Shown: positions 24,525-37,636 of the stretch, piece by piece
Position numbering within the stretch: the stretch's first letter is position 1
How the letters are laid out: each line of letters opens with the position of its first letter
Source: Octopus bimaculoides
Taxonomy: Eukaryota
DNA length: 64,000 nt
Direction: 5' to 3'
Assembly (NCBI RefSeq): GCF_001194135.2
Contig: NC_068981.1
Span: 167,028,981-167,092,980 of the forward strand
Notes under the pieces: model-generated
The model's input: the letters and a program-made list of their open reading frames with translations, nothing else
What the model was told of the DNA's origin: nothing
Database searches by the model: none
Position numbers and translations under genes: made by a program

Positions 24525-24941
24525 ATTTCAGCATAAGAAGTTTAATATCAACCAAAATTTTCTTTTAGCTTTTCACATTTAGATTATCAAAAAATATCAT
24601 GGAATTTATCAAACAAAATATAGAATATTTAGCAACTGGTTATTTCAATTTTACTTTCCTTAGATGCAATTGAAGCTTTCAACACAGTATATCATCAACA
24701 TTGTTTAACATCCTCCTTTCATGCTGGCACAGGTTTGACGGTTTGACAGGAGGATGTTAAACGATGATGATGATGATATATTGTGTTGAAAGCTTCAATT
24801 GCATCTAAGGAAAGTAAAATTGAAATAACCAGTCGCCAAATATTCTATATTTTGTTTGATAAATTCCATGATATTTTGATAATCTAAATGTGAAAACCTA
24901 AAAGAAAATTTTGGTTGATATTAAACTTCTTGTGCTGAAAT
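24525..24941. repeat. Long inverted duplication (193/194-bp arms, 30-nt loop)
   Basis: 24525-24717 is the reverse complement of 24748-24941, with ~7 substitutions and 2 small indels by manual alignment. Confidence 0.95.
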
Positions 24942-26249
24942 TTCTTTGCTTGTTGACACAAGAAATTATCAACATTAAAACTGTTAATTCTAAGTCAAAA
25001 ATATCTAAAATATGAAGGAAGTGAAGAAGTATTCAATGTTTTATTGACTGGTGTACAATTTTAGTAAAACAAATTAAGAGTAAAAAAAAAAGTTACATTA
25101 GGTTCTCTGAATAATAAAATGCTTGACGAACTTGAACAGGGAATTACTTGAGTGATATTCATTGCATACACATTCAAGTAAAAATACTCCAAAAGCTAGC
25201 GTTCTTTTCTTTATAAAAATTCCAAATAGAAATGTTTCTGTGTTAAAAAATAAAATGTAAATAAAAAGGAAAACACATTCTTTTAGCAACCAATATCATA
25301 ACAGAAGCAAGAAACAAATTAAACCCTTGCTTGATTGTTTTAGAAGTGTAGATGTGAAGATTAAAAAACTTAAAAAGAAAAAAGTTAATTTTTTTTTTAG
25401 TGCACTTGGGAAGTGGAGGTTCTCAAGGAAAGGTTTAAAATCACTGTTAAAACATAAAGTGATATTGAAATCTTGCAAACGGAATAAATTTAAAGCAGCT
25501 TTACTCTGATAAAGTTGGCATTTTCAAAATAAACAATTCTTCATAGTAACGGCTTTAAAAAAAGTGAAGATATTACAAAGTGTATAAAATAGATTCAAGA
25601 TTTAAAGAACCTCATTAGTAAGTAAAAGCAAGCTGTCATAATAATCAATGTTATTCAAAGACTCTTTAGTAATGTAGCTGCCATACAAAAGATGATTACA
25701 ATTTAGAGTCAATATCAAGAAATATTTTCTTTATATAAGTAGAGATTGTTTATCACATAACCAGAGTCATCATATCTTTGATAGGTTTCTCAATACTATA
25801 GCTGTCAAAGAAGCAAAGACAACAAGGAATCAACAGTGTTGTTGAATATTTTTCTTCATCCCCATTCTAATGTCAATATGTAAGATCAATACTATAGCTG
25901 TCAGTGAAGTTTAAAAGAAAATTATTTACATCTTAGATTACTTGGTTCATTTGTTGGCAGCTCTGCTAACTGCAGACAGCATGGTTTAATGGATAACAAT
26001 AGATAAATTAAATAGGAAAGATTTAAATCATGATGTGAAGATCATAGTACAACCATCAGCAGTCCTAAAGTTTTCCCAGAGAAGGGTTGAGCAGTTTAAG
26101 ACATTATTCTTTAAAATATAAAGTGTAATCAGTTTGGTGCCTCACCACCACCTAAATGAGGAAAATAAACTATATATGATCAATTACATTTTATAAAATA
26201 CAGGGTGACTTGCTTATGACCTTTGCTGACCTTCTAGATTGAAGTTGAT

Positions 26250-26710
26250 GCAATCAACGTTCCTCTTCCACCTTTTGAAAGTCAACACTTGTGGGAAAGA
26301 TATGAGCTGGGAAGGAATTCCAGAGGACTAACATTCTTTGGAAGAAAGGGTCGGGTATAGTGAGGCCTGGTGGAAGGAGCACAAGCCCAACCCCACCCAG
26401 GTCTTGCTTTAATCACTGCACCCAAATGAGAAGAGACAGACAAGTAGGAGGGAATATTTGAATGGAGGTGGCACGTGGCTAGCTAGATCCAAGGAGCAGA
26501 GGCTATTATAGTAGTAGCAGAAAAGGCAGAGATAGGAGACAGCATGATTGTGGACCAGTAGCTGGAATATATCTATGAGTGACTTTAGGCTGATTAGTTG
26601 AGTAGCTCTTTTCTGGATGCAGTCTAGGATGTTTGTATGTGTAGTGGCACCATCCCAGACAAAAGAACAATACTTCATTGTGGTTCTCACTTAAGCTTTG
26701 TGGAGAACCA
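26250..26710 (-). mobile_element. CR1/Jockey-like LINE 3' fragment
   Basis: RTTMKYCSFVWDGA...LDCIQKRATQLI...LCLFCYYYNSLCS...LWNSFP: typical post-RT motif series. Confidence 0.8.
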
Positions 26711-28514
26711 ATAATTGTTGAACATCCAACTCATGCCAGCATGAAAAGCAGACGTTAAACAATGATGATGATCTTCTAACCTTGAAGAGACAAGCCAGTC
26801 ATTGGGATTTGGTCCTAGTTATGTTTAGTTGCTTATAGGTTTCATTGTGTGGCTTCTGTATCAGAACTGAATGGTGAAACTTAAAAGTAACAGTCACTCT
26901 TTATAATATAAAGTATATCTACTTTAACTGATGTAGAGCCCCAACCAAAATGTAATGTTTATTCACTGTACAACACATGCCCATATATATTAAACACTCA
27001 CTTCACAAAATCAGTTATATACTTTACTACCTATCTTGAACCTAGAAAGTTAATTTATTATCAAACAATTAAGTAAACAGATCATAAATATCTTAATATA
27101 TAACACTACCATACTAAGAGCAAAGTGATAGACATCATATGACATGGTGTTTATGTTGTGTCAAACTAAATCATAGTAATTCATATAAAATGTGCAAACG
27201 TCTATGATGTAGTAACTAGGATTACCATGTCATAATAAAGATTCTGAGCAGCTGATCTATCTCGATCACTGTATGCATTAACGAGCAATAATACATGATA
27301 CGGTATAATACACACACAAATGAGTGCATAAATGAAAGAAACTGGCATTCAATATATCAGGTAGGAGTTAAATATATTTTTAATAAATTTTACTCAGTTC
27401 CATATGACAATGTTTTGTGGGCACACAGGACAAGTGTATATCATGGTCATCTTGAATTTATCTAAAATCTCTCATTGACATCTGATGAGATGGACACATC
27501 CTATGCACCTACAAAACTTAAAGGTCATATGGAGCCAAGCCAGACTGTTATGTATATGTATACATACACCCATATACAGTATATGATGCTGAGGTGTTGC
27601 AAATTTAAAACAGAACATAAATGAATATTGAACAACTTCATGACGTTTGGGCGACCCTGTATAGCTCATTAATGGCATCTTGGCCAAGTACCTTTACCAA
27701 ACCTTGTGAATGAATCAGAGTTGAGCAAAACTGTGTAGAAGCTCATCAGATGGACTCTATCTATAATTCAAATGGTCCAGCCTAGTCATACTGATTCCGT
27801 TTGTGCATTAGAGTAAGTGTACATGTCTGGGAAGCACTAAGCCACCTCACATGCTAATTTTCAATAAGTAGGTTCTTTAGTTGATTGAACAACTGGACAC
27901 TCACATATCAAAATCAACATGAGAGTATATATTTGTTTTTTTTTTTACTTGCTAGCAAAAGTTAGATGGGGAGGTAGTAGAAGTAAGAACTTTATGGAAT
28001 GCTATTCCTGTCACCAACCCTTACCTGTGTTTCAAATAAAGAAAACAATTTCAAAGCAAGGAGTTAACAAATGATTTGTTGTTGGGAAATGTCAACAAAC
28101 GTCTCCAGTTGCAGTCTAGCCACAAATGGTGACATCATCATCTACAGCTCAGCCACAAATCATGAAGTCAACATATGTGGCATAACTAACTATGGTCTGT
28201 AAATATTTGTAGACACATATATGTAAAAATACTTGATTCAAAGAGAAAGGGGACCAAAAATAAATATGTACAATACAATGGTATAATTATGCATACGCAC
28301 AACTGGCAGACTTCTTTCAGTTTCCATCTGCCAAATTCCATCACAAGGCATTATTTAGCCAAAGGCTATGGAAGACTGGTAGGAAACATTTATCTAAGGT
28401 GTCATTGTGGGACTGAACTTGAAGTCACATAACTGAGAAGTAAACAATGTATGTATGCATATAGATACACACACACATCTGAAAACAAAATTGTCATTTC
28501 ACGTCTATTGTTCA

Positions 28515-28667
28515 AGCTGGCAGGGAATGGATGGTCTGACCAGAGCTGGCAGGGAATGGATGGTCTGACCAGAGCTGGCAGGGAATGGATGGTCTGACGA
28601 GAGCTGGCAGGGAATGGATGGTCTGACGAGAGCTGGCAGGGAATGGATGGTCTGACCAGAGCTGGCA
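28515..28667. repeat. 29-bp minisatellite, 5 copies plus a partial, derived from SINE family B
   Basis: Unit agctggcagggaatggatggtctgac(c/g)ag; runs directly into SINE sequence ctccagtctgatttggc. Confidence 0.9.
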
Positions 28668-28831
28668 AGCTGTACCAGACTCCAGTCTGATTTGGCATAG
28701 TTTCTATGGCTGGATGCTTTTACGTGGCACTGCCACGAGTACTTTACAATACCAGAAGGACTGATCTTAAAACTTTTGCTGCAGACTATATATATATATG
28801 CACACACATGCAGAAATAATCATCATAGTTA

Positions 28832-29105
28832 GTTGAACTTACAGTGCACTGGGAAAAGAGACCTGACATTTCTCACCAGCTGAAGGAAACCAAATTTCAG
28901 GACTTGGTTCATGAGGCACTAGTTAAGGGATGGCATGCAGCCTCATTCCCTACTGAAGTCAGCTACTGCAGCTTTTTAGCTGCATTGGTGCACTATTTCC
29001 TGCAGAAGATTGGTCTGTAACCCTGACAACTAAAGAAAGCCACCAAGGAGAGAGGCATGGCACCTGAAACCAGCTCAAGGTAGCTATGATTAACAAGAGA
29101 CCACA
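28832..29105 (+). mobile_element. Restriction-like endonuclease (RLE) non-LTR retrotransposon 3' fragment, HERO-like
   Basis: VELTVHWEKRPDISHQLKETKFQDLVHEALVKGWHAASFPTEVSYCSF, matching the ELTVPWE...K-x-x-KY...GW...PVEVGCRGF pattern. Confidence 0.7.
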
Positions 29106-29319
29106 AGTGAATTCTTCCAAAGGCAAAGACTAATTCAGTCCCTACTGCTCCGTTCAGGCAAAGCATACAAGTTAAAGGGTAAAACTCTTGTGGTCCTGAG
29201 ATACCTGCTGATGATACAGAAGAGTTTCCAACACTGATGGATTCAGAAAAGATTGCAATATCTCTGAGTTGCAAAGCATCTCTGATGTTTTTTTTTTCAC
29301 CTGTATATATATTAATATA

Positions 29320-30537
29320 TTAGGGTATTTGTAAAATAATTGTGTTTTTTCACCATGAAATACGAATTAACCATTCACGTCAGAATCATGGTCAAATGGG
29401 CGTGTGCTATCTAGAAATAGTATATCATCTCTTCTATCTGGCAGTCTGTCATTTATAATCATTTCGGTAATTAATCCCATGGGGGATAAGAACTTTATGA
29501 AACAAAAGTACTGTTACAGGAGCAATGAAAGACATTTGTGAAGTGTATCTGAATGCAGTGAAATCTCATACATGTCAGCTGTGGCTTAAAAGGTTTAAAG
29601 ATAGTGATTGTGACATATCCAACAAGCTTTGCTCTGTTACACGACCACTCAGAATGACGACCTTTTGAATGAGACTATTGTATTGGATCTACATCAAAGC
29701 ATCAGAAATTTGGTGCAAAAATTTAATGTATCATGTTCAATTATCCACGAACATCTCAAGCAACTTGGGAAAACATGCAGAGAAGGAATTTGGGTTTCAC
29801 ATGAGCTTACGCTTGAGAACTGATCACAATGTTCCACTATCTGCAGCAGTCTTCTAACCAGGAATAACAACCTGTCATTTCTTCAGCAAATTATTACAGG
29901 TGATGAAAAATGGGTTTTACATCACAACAGGAAATGAAAAAGACAATGGCTATCATGTAATGTGAGGTCAGTGCCAATAACAAAAACCAGAACTCCACTC
30001 ACAAAAATCCTTGCTTTGTGTTTAGTGGAACATTACAAGCTAATGGAACTTGGAAGCGCCATCAATGCAGATGTTTACTGCCAACAACTTGATTGTGTAA
30101 ATGAAACATTATGTCGAAAATGGCCAGCCTTGGTAAACAGAAAAGCTGTTATTCTCAAGCATGACAATGCATGGCCACAATCTTCAAAACAAACCCAAGA
30201 TAAAAAAAGATTGTTAGGATGGGAAGTTCTTCCACATCCTCCATGCTCACCTGACTTAGTACCTATGGATTTCCATCTGTTCTGATCACTAGAACCATTT
30301 TATAAAAGGCAAAATATTCAGAAACAAAGAGGAAGTAGAAAATAGTCTTTTAGACTTTTTTCAGGAAAAGAAATAGGTCTCTTTGAATGTGACATAAAAA
30401 AGTTACTTTCCCATTGGGCTGTGGTCATTGAAAACAATGGTGATTATATTCTTGATTAAAATTATTCAGATAAATGTAGTTTACATTTGTTTTTATGTCC
30501 TTTCTGGTAAAACAAAACTACTTTCCGAATACCCTGA
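29320..30537 (+). mobile_element. Full-length decayed mariner transposon
   Basis: TA|ttagggtatt ... aataccctga|TA, 1218 bp; motifs WVSHEL, ITGDEKWV, LKHDNAWP and HPPCSPDLVPMDFHLF in broken frames; followed by (TACA)n. Confidence 0.92.
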
Positions 30538-31989
30538 TACATACATACATACATACATACGTACACTACAATTTCAAAAAGATCCCACACACAATATAAT
30601 ATTTACTGAAGTTGGAAAATATCCTATTTAAATGTGGTACCATATAAACATTTCTCAAAAGTACATAAAAGATTGGAAAACATTAGAAAGTTATACAAAA
30701 TTATAAACAAACAATGCAGGTGGATTGTAAAAGAAATACTGTTCCTAACAAATGAAAGCTATAGCCTTAGGCATTAACTTAGACATTTATTAGTGAAGCA
30801 GACAATTTGACAGAAGTGATGGCCAATATGGATTTACAATCCAGATAACATACAAACATGAAATTTTAAAAATCAATTCCTAGTCATGAGTGAAGAAAAC
30901 ACAAAATGTATGCATTTTGAACAAATATTGTACAGCTTTATCATACAGTAAAAAATATCTCTTATTTGAAGTTTCTCTAAAATTAAACAACCAAATAATT
31001 TGCCATGACTGAAAGCAGAAAGCTGTTTCCTGTTGCGCACACAGACAGACAGACAGAAAGCCTGGCAGGAAAATCTAATGATTTTTAAAAGGTAATAAAT
31101 TTAATCGATAGTGATGAATGTTTGCAAGCTTGGTGATGTTGAGCAGCAAAAATGACACCATTTCAATAGCTGTTAAGCAATGGAATGCATACTGTCATGC
31201 CTCTGTGATTGAGATATAAATTTTAAGAGTGGTAACTCAATTACTCAAATGCAACAAAATTTTTATTTGTATTTCAATATGAGTCATCATGGATAATTGC
31301 GTAGTGGGAATATAACACTGTTGTTGGTGAAAATATCAGAGAATATTGAAGCTGTTAGGTGAGCTGTTGTGAGAGTCATTCTGCAGTTGGCATTTCAGGT
31401 TGTAGTATATGAAGTATACAGAACCTTGATTTAAAATTTCACTTTTGTATGATTGTGATTGTGCAAGAAATATCATCATCATCATTTAATGTCCACTTTC
31501 CCTGTTAGCATGGGTAGGACAAGGAACCAGTGAGCTGCAGGGCAGCATCAAGACCCAATGCCATCTTCAGCATGGCTTCTATAGCTGGATGCCTTTCCTA
31601 ATGCCAGCCACTTTATTATAGATAGGTAATGCAAGAAGACTGTGGAAGCCATTGTGATTAAAAGAAAGAATTACTGTCTCTAACAGGTGAGGGCAATATT
31701 TTTATGCATTAACTTTGACCACCACCATCAACATCACGATTGTCATCATTTTCCTCCTTTAACATATTTTCCCATGCTGGCATGGGTCAGATGGTTTGAC
31801 CAGAGTTGGCAAACCAGAGAGCTGCGCCAGGTTCCAGTCTGACTTGGCCTGAATTCTATGGTTGGATGTCCTTCCTAATGCCACCCAATGCTGGGTACTT
31901 TTAATGTGGCTTCAGCATGACCAGTAAACATCAAAGAATGTCTATAATTTCCATGGACTCTATAAAGAAATGTTTACTAAGCTTGTAAT

Positions 31990-32200
31990 TTTCCAGTCTT
32001 GTAAAATAATCCTAGACTTTTGTGAATATTTCCTTTGGGGTTACCTCAAAGGGAGAGTCTTTATCAATGAAAGAGATGGACTGAGTAAACTATTGGAAAT
32101 TTCAGCAATACCTCAAAACACGATGACACATAATGAAGAATTTTTGAGCTAAGGTATAAGAATGTATGTGAAACAATGGTAGGCATCTGGATGATATATT
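31990..32200 (+). mobile_element. Tc1/mariner-superfamily transposase fragment
   Basis: DFCEYFLWGYLKGRVFIN motif. Confidence 0.6.
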
Positions 32201-32329
32201 TAGACTAAATGAGTAGTTACTTACGTATTCCCTACATGTTTATAAATGGCAGACACCATTCTATACCTTCAGACAACAAAGGTTGTCAAAATCTATTGGA
32301 TCTTCTTGCTGGACCATATGTATGTGTGT

Positions 32330-32703
32330 GTGTGTGGTAAGAAGCTTGCTTCTCAATCACATGAGTCTGGGTTCAATCTCACAGCATGGCACCTTAGGCA
32401 AATGTCTTTTACTATAGCCTCAGGCCAATTAAAGCCTTGTGAGTAGACAGAAACTGAAAGAAGGTCATTATATGTATGTGTGTGTGTATGTGTCTTTGTG
32501 TCCCCCACCATCACTTGACAACTGATGTCGGCGTATTTACATCCTCATAACTTAGTGGTTTAGCAAAAGAGACCGATAGAATAAGTACCAGGCTTAAAAA
32601 AAAAAATAAGTGGTGGAGTAATTCATTCAACTAAAATTCTTAAAAGCAGTGCTCCAGCATGGCCAGTCATAAGACTGTGGCCATGCTGGGACATAAGTAA
32701 AAG

Positions 32704-32705
<2 letters not shown>
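32330..32705 (+). mobile_element. SINE family A, followed by (TA)n and a gap
   Basis: gtgtggtaagaagcttgc...ggcaccttaggcaaatgtc...ctccagcatggcc. Confidence 0.8.
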
Positions 32706-32763
<58 letters not shown>

Positions 32764-33608
32764 NNNNNNNNNNNNNNNNNNNNNNNNNNNNNNNNNNNNN
32801 NNNNNNNNNNNNNNNNNNNNNNNNNNNNNNNNNNNNNNNNNNNNNNNNNNNNNNNNNNNNNNNNNNNNNNNNNNNNNNNNNNNNNNNNNNNNNNNNNNNN
32901 NNNNNNNNNNNNNNNNNNNNNNNNNNNNNNNNNNNNNNNNNNNNNNNNNNNNNNNNNNNNNNNNNNNNNNNNNNNNNNNNNNNNNNNNNNNNNNNNNNNN
33001 NNNNNNNNNNNNNNNNNNNNNNNNNNNNNNNNNNNNNNNNNNNNNNNNNNNNNNNNNNNNNNNNNNNNNNNNNNNNNNNNNNNNNNNNNNNNNNNNNNNN
33101 NNNNNNNNNNNNNNNNNNNNNNNNNNNNNNNNNNNNNNNNNNNNNNNNNNNNNNNNNNNNNNNNNNNNNNNNNNNNNNNNNNNNNNNNNNNNNNNNNNNN
33201 NNNNNNNNNNNNNNNNNNNNNNNNNNNNNNNNNNNNNNNNNNNNNNNNNNNNNNNNNNNNNNNNNNNNNNNNNNNNNNNNNNNNNNNNNNNNNNNNNNNN
33301 NNNNNNNNNNNNNNNNNNNNNNNNNNNNNNNNNNNNNNNNNNNNNNNNNNNNNNNNNNNNNNNNNNNNNNNNNNNNNNNNNNNNNNNNNNNNNNNNNNNN
33401 NNNNNNNNNNNNNNNNNNNNNNNNNNNNNNNNNNNNNNNNNNNNNNNNNNNNNNNNNNNNNNNNNNNNNNNNNNNNNNNNNNNNNNNNNNNNNNNNNNNN
33501 NNNNNNNNNNNNNNNNNNNNNNNNNNNNNNNNNNNNNNNNNNNNNNNNNNNNNNNNNNNNNNNNNNNNNNNNNNNNNNNNNNNNNNNNNNNNNNNNNNNN
33601 NNNNNNNN

Positions 33609-33647
<39 letters not shown>

Positions 33648-33996
33648 TAAACACATACATGTCTTATTCTTTACATCTGCTTATATATATATATGTAACA
33701 CTTATAAGATATATAAATATATATATAATTCTGGTTCATTCCCAATGCGTACACCTTAGACAGGTATCTTCTGCTGTAGCCTTGGGCTAACCAAAATCTT
33801 ATTTGTAAGTGGATATGGTAGATAGAAACTGAAAGAAAGATATCACATACGCACACACATGTATATATGTATGTTTATATATTTGTACATATATATGTGT
33901 GTGTGCATAAATGTATATAGGTATGTGTGAGTCTGAAGCTCTTTGGATAGTTGTAAATGAGTATCACAACCATATAAGTTGGTCATTCATTTTCAG

Positions 33997-34760
33997 TCAT
34001 CATCATCGTTTAACGTCCGCCTTCCATGCTAGCATGGGTTGGACGATTTGACTGAGGACTGGTGAAACCGGATGGCAACACCAGGCTCCAATCTAATTTG
34101 GCAGAGTTTCTACAGCTGGATGCCCTTCCTAACGCCAACCACTCAGACTGTAGTGGGTGCTTTTACGTGTCACCCGCACGAAAACGGCCACGCTCGAAAT
34201 GGTGTCTTTTATGTGCCACCCGCACAAGAGCCAGTCCAGGGGCACTGGCAACGATCTCGCTCGAAAACCCTACAANNNNNNNNNNNNNNNNNNNNNNNNN
34301 NNNNNNNNNNNNNNNNNNNNNNNNNNNNNNNNNNNNNNNNNNNNNNNNNNNNNNNNNNNNNNNNNNNNNNNNNNNNNNNNNNNNNNNNNNNNNNNNNNNN
34401 NNNNNNNNNNNNNNNNNNNNNNNNNNNNNNNNNNNNNNNNNNNNNNNNNNNNNNNNNNNNNNNNNNNNNNNNNNNNNNNNNNNNNNNNNNNNNNNNNNNN
34501 NNNNNNNNNNNNNNNNNNNNNNNNNNNNNNNNNNNNNNNNNNNNNNNNNNNNNNNNNNNNTGTCTGTACGTATTGTCGTCGTCGTTTAACGTCCGCTTTC
34601 CATGCTAGCATGGGTTGGACGATTTGACTGAGGACTGGTGAAACCAGATGGCTACACCAGGCTCCAATCTGATTTGGCAGTGTTTCTACAGCTGGATGCC
34701 CTTCCTAAAGCCAACCACTCAGAGAGTGTAGTGGGTGCTTTTACGTGTCACCCGCACGAA
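33997..34760 (-). mobile_element. Two SINE family B copies flanking a gap (33997-34275, ~34570-34760)
   Basis: Both start with gtttaacgtccgc(c/t)ttccatgctagcatggg; could be one misassembled copy. Confidence 0.75.
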
Positions 34761-35546
34761 GTCATCTGTGAGAAACATATCTGGAAATAATACCATTCTT
34801 GAAAATAAATGAGGTTTGGCAACAGGAACAGCGTCTAGTTGCAGAAAAATCTGACTCAATGAATTCTGCCTGACCCTTGCAAACATGGCACAAGTGCATG
34901 CTAAAACAATGAGGACGATAATATAAAATTAGTAATAAAAACAAACTGAGACAAGAACTCATTACCACCTGTTCAGGTGAGCAATAGAATTGGTTGAGAG
35001 AGAAATGTGGGATTAAAAAGAATAAGGGCTGGGGACAGATATGAGAGTATGTCTTTGAAGGTATAAATCAGCAGATTCAGCCTCTGTAGACTGATCAATA
35101 AAGCTTGAAAGGATCAATGAGATACGTAACAAAAACCATTTATATATGTGTATATATATATATGGAATTAGTTAATCCTTAATCAATTAAACGGTTAAGG
35201 ATTATTTTCTAAAACTCGATTCTTGGAGGGTAGGCAATAGCAAGCAGCAATGCCTGCGCACGCGCATGTGTGTGTGTGTGTGTGTGTGTGGTGAGAGAGA
35301 GAGAGTACGTGAGAGTGACATTGTTAAGTTCAGATACTGAACTTTTCAAAAGTCTTGTAGAATATTACTTGTCCACTGATTAACAATGGACATGAGTAAA
35401 TTTTTTCTTTACACATGCATACATGTATGTATGCATATACACAGATATGTATGTATGTAAGTGTATACATATGTACGTGGAGAAATACAACAATACAGAT
35501 ATTGGAGAGTATAAAAGTAGTTAATTGTTCGTATTAAATATATCTG

Positions 35547-35848
35547 TCACAAACACTCTTTCAGTGGAGAATACTGCATGTCTCTTTGTTGGCCTGGTAT
35601 ACGGAATCCACTAGAACAAGCAATGTTATTACCATCATCAAATTCTTGGTTATTCATGTCACTAAATCTGATGCTAGCTTGGTCATCTTTCTGTTGATTT
35701 CTGTTGAGTCGTTTGACTTTGGTACAAATACGATGGTAGTATAAAAAGACAGAAAGGAAAATTAACAGGAAACAGACAAGAACAATAACAAAAATCACCG
35801 TGCCACTCAGTTTCTGAGATTCCACAGATGTCTTTGTTCTACCAAATC
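35547..35848 (-). CDS. MEGF9: MEGF9-like terminal exon: TM helix and cytoplasmic tail
   Basis: tctttcAG|GA; FGRTKTSVESQKLSG-TVIFVIVLVCFLLIFLSVFLYY-HRICTKVKR...DMQYSPLKECL then TGA; hydrophobic 22-mer followed by a basic stop-transfer sequence. Confidence 0.9.
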
Positions 35849-36776
35849 CTGAAAGAAAGAAATATAAAAGATATCAAAAAATTCCACTGTTAGAGAAATA
35901 TCAGAATGAAAAAAATGCAGAAAAGTTATCAATTTTTTCTTTTTGTTTAACATTAAATATTGTAATTTTCATCAACTATATTGGTACAGGTATAACTCTG
36001 TAGTTAAGAAATTTACTTCCCAATTTTACCAAAATCTGGGTAATCTATATGAAAAAAAAAAACAAAAATAAAAAAAGCCCAACTTCTTTGTTTTTCTTTT
36101 TTACAATATTCAGTTTCATAATCTGACCAAGAGTTAAATAGATATAAATGATCATACACCAAGTTTTCAAAATTAATGTTAATTTTAAAATTGCCCCATG
36201 AAGTTTTGATACCTACACAATACACTGTGTAACAAAAGTTTTATTTTCTTTTTATCTTTGGTCAGTAAGTGTCATTTCTTATTTGCTTCTATCTAGAAAT
36301 CAAAGGAAATGACAACTATTCCCTTCAAAGTTTGCTTTTGTGACCTGGACACCAATGTTTTGAAACTGACCTAATTTCCATTACATTTCAGACAGGTTCA
36401 ACACTGAGTTGCTGAGGCAGAAATATCATTATAGGAAATGTTCTGTTCAATACCAGAGATTTGCTTGTCAGTTACTTGACCTTAACCTCTTGAGCATTTC
36501 CCTTAATGGCTGACAATAAGTGCACCTCTGATCATGTGCAGGAGTAGTAGGGGAGCATTATAGTTATGTGTTGAGAGGGATTCTTTGGGGTTTGAATAAA
36601 TGTAACAAAAGCAAATTTTGAAAGAAATATTAGCTATTTTTCATACTTTCTAAGGGTAAGCAAATAAGAAATAACAGCTGCTACCCAAGGACGAAAATCG
36701 TGTTATGCTGTGTTATAGAGGCGAAACATAGATTAGAATTAAAAATAAAGAAAGAACTCAAACAATAATAATTCAC

Positions 36777-36881
36777 CTTCATATGTGCAATTCTTATGTA
36801 GAATTGGGTCACCAACATAACCAGGAAGGCAGTCATCACAAGCGAAACCAGTTGTATTATGACGGCAATGCATACATGCAC
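36777..36881 (-). CDS. MEGF9: MEGF9-like exon 6: laminin-type EGF
   Basis: ctttAG|GT; (G)[34 protein letters not shown]; donor GAAG|GTgaat; 105 nt, phase 1-1. The HNTTGFxC motif is shared with MEGF9/attractin-type LE repeats. Confidence 0.92.
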
Positions 36882-37366
36882 CTAAAGAAATATAAAACAC
36901 ATATTTTCTTTTCACCTTCAAATACTGTAGAAAGGAAATGACTACTATTCCCTTCAAAGTTTGCTTATCACTTGGTCAAGATGTATGAGCTTTTAATAAT
37001 GTTTAACACAATAGATTTTGGACCAGGCTGAATTTAACTATGTGGCTGCAAAACCACTTTAGCCAATCTTCTAATCAACCATCAGTGTGTCAGTCAGTTC
37101 TACAAGGCCCTATGTTTGGTTCCCTTTTATTCTATGTTTTTTGTCAACACTCATGAAAAATCTGTTGAAAACATGAGTTATTTGTAAAACTAAGATTAAG
37201 TGAGTGATTTTAAGATAGGCTGTTTGAACTAAAACCATATACAGCTTGGTTGAACATCAGATGCAGAGGAAAAGTTATAAAAAAATTCCTAAATCATAAG
37301 AATATTATATGTCTGACAATACAAACATTGCCAATAGTAACAAATTTGAAAAGCATAAAACCTTAC

Positions 37367-37525
37367 CAGTGCGGGGATTGCAAATCTCAGGGGAGTTCAG
37401 GTCAACATTGCCATTGCAAATGCACTTGGCACACATGTCATAATACGAAAAGTAGCCATTGTCACAAACGTCACAATTTTTACCATTATAACCCTTCTTA
37501 CAGTAGCAAGTAGCTACTTCTCCCA
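37367..37525 (-). CDS. MEGF9: MEGF9-like exon 5: laminin-type EGF
   Basis: ttcAG|TG; (V)GEVATCYCKKGYNGKNCDVCDNGYFSYYDMCAKCICNGNVDLNSPEICNPRT; donor ACTG|GTaagg; 159 nt, phase 1-1. Resembles the recalled human MEGF9 segment CKDGYIGPNCNKCENGYY...CQCHGHVDP...ICKPESG. Confidence 0.92.
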
Positions 37526-37636
37526 CTGAAAGAAATAGGTTAAAAAATAATAAGTAGTGTAAGAAAAATTAAAGCAATATAATGAAAAACAATCCATTTT
37601 AAGACAAAAAGATTATTATTATAAAAGTTCATTCAT

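Noticed and set aside
28402-28807. Repetitive ORFs (HSLPALVRPSIPCQL...) or a CRISPR-like array
   Set aside because: Head-to-tail 29-bp minisatellite without spacers, in eukaryotic DNA.
32623-33660. Long ORFs of 300+ aa here and at 17622-18257, 34062-34627 and 62159-63299
   Set aside because: Mostly N-gap translated as X, plus microsatellite flanks (apart from the Penelope RT portion).
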